Origin: an unicellular cyanobacterium SU2 | GTDB taxonomy: Bacteria > Cyanobacteriota > Cyanobacteriia > Cyanobacteriales > Microcystaceae | Assembly: GCA_002110465.1 (NCBI GenBank) | Contig: NEED01000001.1 | Location: 127,650 to 159,649, forward strand | DNA length: 32,000 nucleotides | Reading direction: 5' to 3' | Shown: piece after piece, positions 25,903-32,000 of the stretch | How the letters are laid out: every line of letters begins with the position of its first letter | Position numbering within the stretch: the first letter of the stretch is position 1 | Notes under the pieces: model-generated | Seen by the model: only the letters and a program-made list of their open reading frames with translations | What the model was told of the DNA's origin: nothing | Database searches by the model: none | Program-made: the position numbers and the translations under genes

Positions 25903-27072
25903 ATGGTTGTGATGCGTTATAGCATTTTGGTTTCTCTACTAGCATTATTAACAGCGTGTAGTGGAATCGAAGGGTTAGAAGGTCGATTTTCGGCCAATCC
26001 TGAATTACAAAAAAATTCAGAAACTTCCCAAAATTCAGCCATTCAACTTCCCGATAGTTTCCCCTCAGAAATCCCTCAATATCCCCAAGCAACTTTACAG
26101 GAAATCACCCAAGACATTACCCCTGAAAATGGCTCAGTTCGTTGGGAGTCTAGCGACTCAACCGAGAAAATAGAAGATTTTTATCAACAGCAATTAAAAT
26201 CACAAGAATGGGAAATAATTCAACCTTTTTCCTCAGACTCTCCCGAAAGTTCATTAATTGCTCAAAAAGATAATTTAAAAATTAGACTGTCTTTATTTCC
26301 GACGAACTCAACCACAGAATTTACCCTTGAATATAAACAAGCTAATACGGCTCAATCCAATAATAATTCTTCTAATCAATCTTTAATTACCACTAACGAA
26401 ACTAATAATTTTTCTGATCTCAACCAAGTTTCTGAACCTTTGCGCCCTTATCTTGAAGATTTAGTCAACCTAGGGATTTTAACCCCTAAAGAAAACAATC
26501 AATTTAATCCTAATGAACCGATTACCCGCCGAGAATATGCACGATGGTTAGTAACCGCTAAAAATAAATTTGATCAAGATTCTCCTGAGCAACAAATTCG
26601 TTTAGGGTTAAAAAATGCCCAACCCGCTTTTAGTGATGTTCCCTCAAATGACCCTGATTTTCCGGTGATTCAAGGGTTAGCCGAAGCAGGGTTAATTCCT
26701 TCGCGTCTAACGGGAGATAGTTCAGCTTCCTTATTCCGTCCTGATGCACCCTTAACGCGGTCAGATTTAATCGTTTGGAAAGTTCCCCTAGACACCGGAA
26801 AAAGCTTACCTAAAGCCTCTATTGATGGGGTTAAAGAAACCTGGGGATTTCAGGATACTGCCCAAATTGACTCGATGGGGTTACGAGCATTATATGCTGA
26901 TTTCCAAAATGGAGAACAAGGGAATGTCCGGCGTGTCTTTGGTTATACAACCTTGTTTCAACCTAAAAAATCGGTAACTCGCGCCCAAGCCGCAGCGGCC
27001 TTGTGGTACTTTGGCTATCAAGGAGATGGTCTATCAGCCGAAGACGTTTTAAAGCGAAGGGGAAATAGTTAA
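25903..27072 (+). CDS. Lipoprotein with three C-terminal S-layer homology (SLH) domains
   Basis: Signal peptide plus lipobox MVVMRYSILVSLLALLTAC-SG. Three SLH-like units begin FSDLNQV..., FSDVPSNDPDF... and FQDTAQID.... The ORF track starts at TTG 25891; ATG 25903 is more plausible. Confidence 0.8.
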   Translation: MVVMRYSILVSLLALLTACSGIEGLEGRFSANPELQKNSETSQNSAIQLPDSFPSEIPQYPQATLQEITQDITPENGSVRWESSDSTEKIEDFYQQQLKSQEWEIIQPFSSDSPESSLIAQKDNLKIRLSLFPTNSTTEFTLEYKQANTAQSNNNSSNQSLITTNETNNFSDLNQVSEPLRPYLEDLVNLGILTPKENNQFNPNEPITRREYARWLVTAKNKFDQDSPEQQIRLGLKNAQPAFSDVPSNDPDFPVIQGLAEAGLIPSRLTGDSSASLFRPDAPLTRSDLIVWKVPLDTGKSLPKASIDGVKETWGFQDTAQIDSMGLRALYADFQNGEQGNVRRVFGYTTLFQPKKSVTRAQAAAALWYFGYQGDGLSAEDVLKRRGNS

Positions 27073-27388
27073 CAAAAGTCAAATAAAAGTAACAGTTATT
27101 GAAGTTTTTTAAAGACAATTATTCTTGACAAATCTGTCATAATTTTGGTCAAACTACCATAATAAAGCTAAAATTTATTCTTTCAAAAGAGTACCCCATT
27201 AAAATCAATTTACATATCTTAAATAAGCAAAACAAGTTTAAATAAAAGTTTAATTTAGTTTTGTAAAAATATAAGAAAAATAGTGGATCACGGCCTAGGG
27301 ATGTAAATATACTTAAACATAAGTCAGGCAACGTAGTCATTGCTACATTACCGACTTTTAATTGTTGTGATTTAGTAATTATTTTCCC

Positions 27389-28471
27389 ATGACAACCACT
27401 TTACAAACTAGAGAAAATCTTTCTCTATGGGAACGGTTTTGTCAGTGGGTGACTAGCACCAATAACCGCCTTTATGTAGGTTGGTTTGGTGTTATTCTCA
27501 TTCCCACCATTCTCACCGCGACCATTTGTTTCATTATCGCTTTCATTGCGGCTCCTCCTGTGGATATTGATGGTATCCGCGAACCTGTGGCGGGTTCTCT
27601 CCTGTATGGAAATAACATTATTTCTGGAGCGGTTGTTCCTTCATCTAACGCCATTGGATTGCACTTTTATCCCATTTGGGAAGCAGCCTCCCTTGATGAG
27701 TGGCTGTACAATGGTGGTCCTTATCAGTTGGTGGTTTTCCACTTTTTGATTGGGATTTTCTGTTGGATGGGAAGACAATGGGAACTTTCCTATCGTCTAG
27801 GGATGCGTCCTTGGATTTGTGTTGCTTACAGTGCGCCCGTTTCTGCTGCAACCGCCGTCTTTCTCGTTTATCCTATCGGTCAAGGGTCTTTTTCTGATGG
27901 AATGCCCCTAGGAATCAGTGGAACCTTTAACTTCATGTTTGTGTTTCAAGCAGAACATAATATCTTGATGCACCCATTCCATATGTTGGGAGTTGCTGGA
28001 GTATTTGGTGGTGCTCTATTTTCTGCCATGCACGGTAGTTTAGTCACCTCAAGCTTGGTACGGGAAACTACAGAAACCGAGTCTCAGAACTATGGTTACA
28101 AGTTCGGACAAGAAGAAGAAACCTATAATATTGTGGCTGCTCACGGTTACTTCGGTCGCTTAATCTTTCAATATGCGTCTTTTAATAATAGCCGCAGTTT
28201 ACACTTCTTTTTAGGAGCTTGGCCTGTCATTGGTATCTGGTTCACGGCGATGGGAGTAAGTACCATGGCCTTTAACCTGAATGGATTTAACTTTAACCAA
28301 TCAGTGTTAGATTCTCAAGGACGAGTGATTAATACTTGGGCTGATGTACTAAACCGCGCGGGTATCGGGATGGAAGTAATGCATGAACGGAATGCTCACA
28401 ATTTCCCTTTAGATTTAGCGAGTGGTGATCAAACATCCGTAGCTTTCATCGCACCAACTATTGATAGCTAA
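27389..28471 (+). CDS. psbA: Photosystem II reaction centre protein D1
   Basis: 360 aa, near-identical over its full length to remembered D1 sequences. YZ (Y161), H190, D170, E189, H332/E333/H337/D342/A344 and a 16-aa C-terminal extension are all present. Gln at position 130. Confidence 0.98.
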   Translation: MTTTLQTRENLSLWERFCQWVTSTNNRLYVGWFGVILIPTILTATICFIIAFIAAPPVDIDGIREPVAGSLLYGNNIISGAVVPSSNAIGLHFYPIWEAASLDEWLYNGGPYQLVVFHFLIGIFCWMGRQWELSYRLGMRPWICVAYSAPVSAATAVFLVYPIGQGSFSDGMPLGISGTFNFMFVFQAEHNILMHPFHMLGVAGVFGGALFSAMHGSLVTSSLVRETTETESQNYGYKFGQEEETYNIVAAHGYFGRLIFQYASFNNSRSLHFFLGAWPVIGIWFTAMGVSTMAFNLNGFNFNQSVLDSQGRVINTWADVLNRAGIGMEVMHERNAHNFPLDLASGDQTSVAFIAPTIDS

Positions 28472-28497
28472 GGTTTTGACTCTAGTTGGTTTTAAGG

Positions 28498-28517
28498 TGT
28501 TCTCGGCAACGGGAACA
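28498..28517 (+). terminator. Hairpin with GNRA-type loop downstream of psbA
   Basis: 8-bp stem tgttctcg / cgggaaca (one G-U pair) with loop gcaa, followed by tctttaattt. Lies 27 nt after the stop. Confidence 0.45.
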
Positions 28518-28670
28518 TCTTTAATTTAGAATAAATATTCTGGTGCTAGTTAATAGCCAGTCTTTGATTAATGAGATTAAGGGAATAAATCCCCTGTTGG
28601 GCTTATCCCCATCAATAAAATTTAGGGGCTTGCGCCCTCTGGTGTTCGCAGTCAATGATAAGTTTTCCCG

Positions 28671-29066
28671 TCAATCTTCCCCTTCTACTTGAGCTTGATA
28701 TTCACTAGCTGATAGAGTATTGTCCAAGTCGTTATCAATATTACTAACTCGAACTTTAAGTAACCATCCATCGCCATAAGGATCGTCGGCAAGCTGTTCA
28801 GGGTTTTCAATCATCTGTTCATTGCGATCAACCACTGTCCCTGACACCGGTGTTACTAAATCCTCAGCCGCTTTGACAGATTCAATGGCACCGAAAGCTT
28901 CTTCAACTTCGATGGCATCTCCGACTTCAGGCAATTCTAAAAAAACGATATCCCCAAGCTGTTCAATAGCATAGGCACTAATGCCAATGGTGGCAATTTC
29001 TCCATCTAACCGAACATATTCGTGGGAGTCTAAATATCTGAGATCATCAGGATATTCTAAGTCCAT
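28671..29066 (-). CDS. gcvH: Glycine cleavage system H protein
   Basis: 131 aa. [23 protein letters not shown] and the lipoyl-lysine motif ESVKAAEDL. Confidence 0.95.
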   Translation of the reverse strand: MDLEYPDDLRYLDSHEYVRLDGEIATIGISAYAIEQLGDIVFLELPEVGDAIEVEEAFGAIESVKAAEDLVTPVSGTVVDRNEQMIENPEQLADDPYGDGWLLKVRVSNIDNDLDNTLSASEYQAQVEGED

Positions 29067-29143
29067 TTTAAATCCTCAAATTCGCAGCAAACGTAAGTTT
29101 AACATCGTTAATGCTCAAGGAGATAGAAAGATTGTTACAAATT

Positions 29144-31447
29144 TTAAGACCAGGGATCAGGCATTCTTTGAAATGGGTTAAACTCTCCATCAGTATCCAA
29201 TTGTTGGGAGTCTGAAAAATCTGCTGCGATAGTTTCTTTGTCCGCGTGAAGTTCTTGCCGAAGAAGGTCCCAATCACCTGGATCAGTGAGTTCTTCATAT
29301 AAGTGGGAATCTGCTGAGATTGTTTCTTTACTCGGATCGATTTCATGTTTCAGGTGTTCCCAGTTTTGAACTTGGGTTAAAACTTCATCAGCAGGAGTAA
29401 TGGTGGGATCTGAGTCATTCAAAGAAGGAACCGTAGATTCAATGGCTTGCTTGAGGCCTTGAAACTCTTGGGTTAAGGAAATGAGAAGCTTTTGAAAATT
29501 CTCGACTCGTTCGGTCAGATTCATTGATAATTGATCATGGTTATTTGTCTGAGATATTTGTGCGAGATCTTCAGCAAATATTTGGGCAATATCTTTTAAA
29601 CTAGCTTGACCTTGCTCAACAAATTCTAGGGCGGTGGTTAGGGGAGAAAGTAAACCGTCTTGTTTAGCGGCTTGTTTAAAGACTTGGCGATCTGCTTTTT
29701 GAGTGATCGCAATTTTGACGGAGGGAGTTCCCTGTATTATTTCGTAGACTTCAAGCTGGCCACTGTACCCTTTCCCATGACATTGACGGCATAACCTTCC
29801 CCGTTCCTGGGCTTGTTTGATGGCTTCATCATTAAGAATTCGTGGTTGATAAAACGTTAATTGCTCTTTTGTGGCTGGTGCAAGACCAAATTTGGCTAAT
29901 TCAGCCGCATTGGGATCATAAACAAATTGACAAGTCGGACACAGACGAGGTAGAGAATGAGGATGGATAACGGCTACTAACGTATCAGCTAAAAGGGAAT
30001 TATCAACCATTTGGCTCAGGTCAGCTAAGGCAGTGGCTCCATCATTAGCCTGAAAACTGGTCAACATCAAGTGATTACGGGACATTTCCACGACCATACG
30101 GGCAGTGGTAGTATCTCGAACCTGATCCACCATGACAATATCTAAATCTTGGGTTGAGAGCGATCGCAATACCGACCCATAGCCCTTATCTCCCTTGGGA
30201 TCAATTTCGAGTTGGGTGATTCCTTCAAGCAGATGACCCATCAATTGTTCTACCGTTGCGATGCTCAATTGTTCTTTTTTCTTGTAAGACAATAGGCTAT
30301 ACAGCAGATTAAACGTTTCAAATTGACCGGAATTCCCTATGACAATTAATCCTGACTGATAACTCATTAAGTCTTCAATTAATTTTCGGATAGACTCTTG
30401 GGGAATTAATGTCTGTAAATTGGGAGGCTTAATAGAACTATCAAGAATACGGATCGAGGCTTTCTCTCCAGACATACTGGGCAATATGTTGACCAGAAAA
30501 TAAAGGCTACGGTCACCACCCCTTTGACAAATACGACCCTTTTGAGGCTTTTGTTGTTGGCTAATGTCTAACTGAGCCATGATTTTCAACCGTGAAAGGA
30601 TTGGTGCGGCAACCTTTTTAGGTAAGGGGTCAAACAATGGTTTCAAAGTCTCTTCTGACTTTTGACGATAACGAATGATACACTGCTGTTCGTGAGGTTC
30701 AATCTCAAGTTGGATGGCTTGTTTTTCGATCGCTTTATTCAGAATTTTATTAACTAAGACAACAATTGGGGCGGCCGTAGAGTCTTCTGAAAACATCACT
30801 GAGGGTTGCTCATAGACTTCTGTCGCATCAACTAAGGTGGCCTCCGAAGACATTTCTGGTAAATTGTTGAGAGCTTTCAACGGTTTTTCTTTGATAACCT
30901 TTTGTTGATTGCTCGGTTGATGTGTATACTGTTCCATAATTTCACTGGATAATTCATTGTAATCTTCTTGGGTAATGCCTACTCGTTGCCAAGAAATATT
31001 CTGTCCTAATGCTTGAGTGATCTTGTTTTGGGCGTTGATATCACTAGGATTTACCATTGCGACTCTTAAAGAAACACCCATCTGTGATGAGGTTTCAATT
31101 TGGTTGATCGGTAACAGTTGATAGCGACGACAAAGTTCGATGGGAATCATTGCATCGATGAGTTTGGCCATTGTTTCGGGATCTACCGATTCTGTTTCGA
31201 GATCAATAAAGTCAATCCCATGGAGAATTTTTAGGGTAAAGCGGTTGCGTTCTTTGTAATGACGCACCAACTCAGGTGGTAGAGATTGGCCGGTAATCTC
31301 TTCGAGAACGGTCATCAATGGACGGCCGGAATTTCGAGCTTCAATAAATGCTTGCTGCATCCGAGGCAGATTAATATAACCCGACTGAATTAGTTGGTTA
31401 CTAAAAGGAGATTGGGTAAATTGCTCAATATCTTTGGAGAGGGACAT
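29144..31447 (-). CDS. PilB/GspE-family (type II/IV secretion ATPase fold) protein with degenerate nucleotide-binding motifs and a C-terminal acidic extension
   Basis: 767 aa. N-terminal T2SE_N-like domain, core collinear with PilB/GspE, and tetracysteine CPTC...CRQC retained. Walker A position reads GNSGQFET, Walker B region DIVMVDQVRD and His box TSFQAN. Confidence 0.85.
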   Translation of the reverse strand: MSLSKDIEQFTQSPFSNQLIQSGYINLPRMQQAFIEARNSGRPLMTVLEEITGQSLPPELVRHYKERNRFTLKILHGIDFIDLETESVDPETMAKLIDAMIPIELCRRYQLLPINQIETSSQMGVSLRVAMVNPSDINAQNKITQALGQNISWQRVGITQEDYNELSSEIMEQYTHQPSNQQKVIKEKPLKALNNLPEMSSEATLVDATEVYEQPSVMFSEDSTAAPIVVLVNKILNKAIEKQAIQLEIEPHEQQCIIRYRQKSEETLKPLFDPLPKKVAAPILSRLKIMAQLDISQQQKPQKGRICQRGGDRSLYFLVNILPSMSGEKASIRILDSSIKPPNLQTLIPQESIRKLIEDLMSYQSGLIVIGNSGQFETFNLLYSLLSYKKKEQLSIATVEQLMGHLLEGITQLEIDPKGDKGYGSVLRSLSTQDLDIVMVDQVRDTTTARMVVEMSRNHLMLTSFQANDGATALADLSQMVDNSLLADTLVAVIHPHSLPRLCPTCQFVYDPNAAELAKFGLAPATKEQLTFYQPRILNDEAIKQAQERGRLCRQCHGKGYSGQLEVYEIIQGTPSVKIAITQKADRQVFKQAAKQDGLLSPLTTALEFVEQGQASLKDIAQIFAEDLAQISQTNNHDQLSMNLTERVENFQKLLISLTQEFQGLKQAIESTVPSLNDSDPTITPADEVLTQVQNWEHLKHEIDPSKETISADSHLYEELTDPGDWDLLRQELHADKETIAADFSDSQQLDTDGEFNPFQRMPDPWS

Positions 31448-31691
31448 GGAGGAAATGCACTCTAATGAAACAGCCTATCATCTCTAAGAATGCCCAGATT
31501 GAATTAAAAAATTACATTCTTTTAGCTTCCTCTGGGAAAAGCTTCCCACTGTAACGATGGGTTAGTATCGGGATGAAAGCAGAGCATTCCTTCACTATCT
31601 AGAAATCATCTCAATAATTTTTGGCAAGGACAAAAGCTGATTTGCTTAGAATTGCTATATTTTAAGTTGAGATACTTAAGATTTCCCAATA

Positions 31692-32000
31692 ATGAGTTTA
31701 CGTCATCTTAACTATTTAAAAGTTTTAAATTGTCTAGGAAGCGTCATTTTTTTGTCTCCTACTCAAGGAGAAAATATTCTTATTCATGACCCATCGACAG
31801 AGATTTATTTTCTCGCTCAACAATCTACTAATGTTCCTAACCTAGAAGAAATATTGATTCGAGGGATGGAAAAAGGGATTAAAGGAGATTATCAAGGAGC
31901 GATCGCTGATTTTACCCAAGTGATTCGCCTTAATGCCTATGAGGTGGAAGCTTACTATAATCGAGGCATTGCCTATTATAGAATCGACAACTATTCTCAG
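31692..32000 (+). CDS. TPR repeat protein, 3' end beyond window
   Basis: Open frame from ATG 31692 to the window end (103 codons, no stop; not in the ORF track because it is unterminated). Hydrophobic N-terminus, then the TPR consensus GDYQGAIADFTQVIRLNAYEVEAYYNRGIAYYRIDNY. Confidence 0.6.
   Translation, partial: MSLRHLNYLKVLNCLGSVIFLSPTQGENILIHDPSTEIYFLAQQSTNVPNLEEILIRGMEKGIKGDYQGAIADFTQVIRLNAYEVEAYYNRGIAYYRIDNYSQ

Noticed and set aside
27389-28471. Possibility that psbA is a rogue/sentinel D1, a ChlF (super-rogue) copy or a microaerobic D1' copy.
   Set aside because: D170, E189, H190, H332, E333, H337, D342 and A344 are all present. G80 and F158 are the standard residues rather than the D1' substitutions. 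This is a standard functional D1 with Q130.
29067-29143. Glycine riboswitch upstream of gcvH.
   Set aside because: The spacer is only 77 nt, too short for even one typical glycine aptamer. I saw none of the conserved aptamer core on the minus strand. gcvH may be co-transcribed with the PilB-like gene or have a simple promoter.
1-32000. Genomic island, prophage, defence island or other mobile element.
   Set aside because: No integrase, transposase, phage structural, restriction-modification or cas-like ORFs were found, and no flanking tRNA. HIP1 palindromes are spread across the whole window, consistent with native core-genome DNA. The only mobile-type trace is the decayed PIN remnant.

Overview
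Cyanobacterial chromosomal segment. Supporting evidence: at least 17 copies by eye of the HIP1 palindrome GCGATCGC, psbA, an NDH-1 CO2-uptake operon and flavodoxin. No transposase, integrase, CRISPR array, tRNA or rRNA was seen.

Gene content, left to right:
- a 5'-truncated HlyB-type ABC exporter plus an HlyD partner
- a stand-alone flavodoxin behind a FurA-like box
- a co-oriented trio: alpha/beta-hydrolase fold, SucC-like, SucD-like
- a minus-strand housekeeping run: hisZ, J-domain/TPR protein, IMPase-family protein, extended 2Fe-2S ferredoxin, lpxC, Omp85/BamA, purC
- the inducible CO2-uptake operon ndhF3-ndhD3-cupA, with no cupS
- a frameshifted PIN-toxin remnant
- ggt
- a cluster of a TPR-like protein, two small membrane proteins and a NifU-Rieske fusion
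- an SLH-domain lipoprotein
- psbA
- gcvH
- a 767-aa PilB/GspE-family protein
- the start of a TPR gene

Best candidates for undescribed biology:
1. The PilB/GspE homologue has degenerate Walker A, Asp box, Walker B Glu and His box. It keeps its zinc tetracysteine and carries a duplicated acidic C-terminal extension. I read it as a conserved pseudo-ATPase.
2. In the hydrolase/SucC/SucD-like trio, each protein keeps its fold signature but lacks its catalytic residue. There is no nucleophile Ser, no GHAGA phosphohistidine loop, and the CoA-ligase half is eroded.
3. The TPR / two membrane peptides / NifU-Rieske cluster sits behind a structured leader.

All motif calls rest on by-eye alignment to remembered family consensus sequences and need HMM or structure confirmation.
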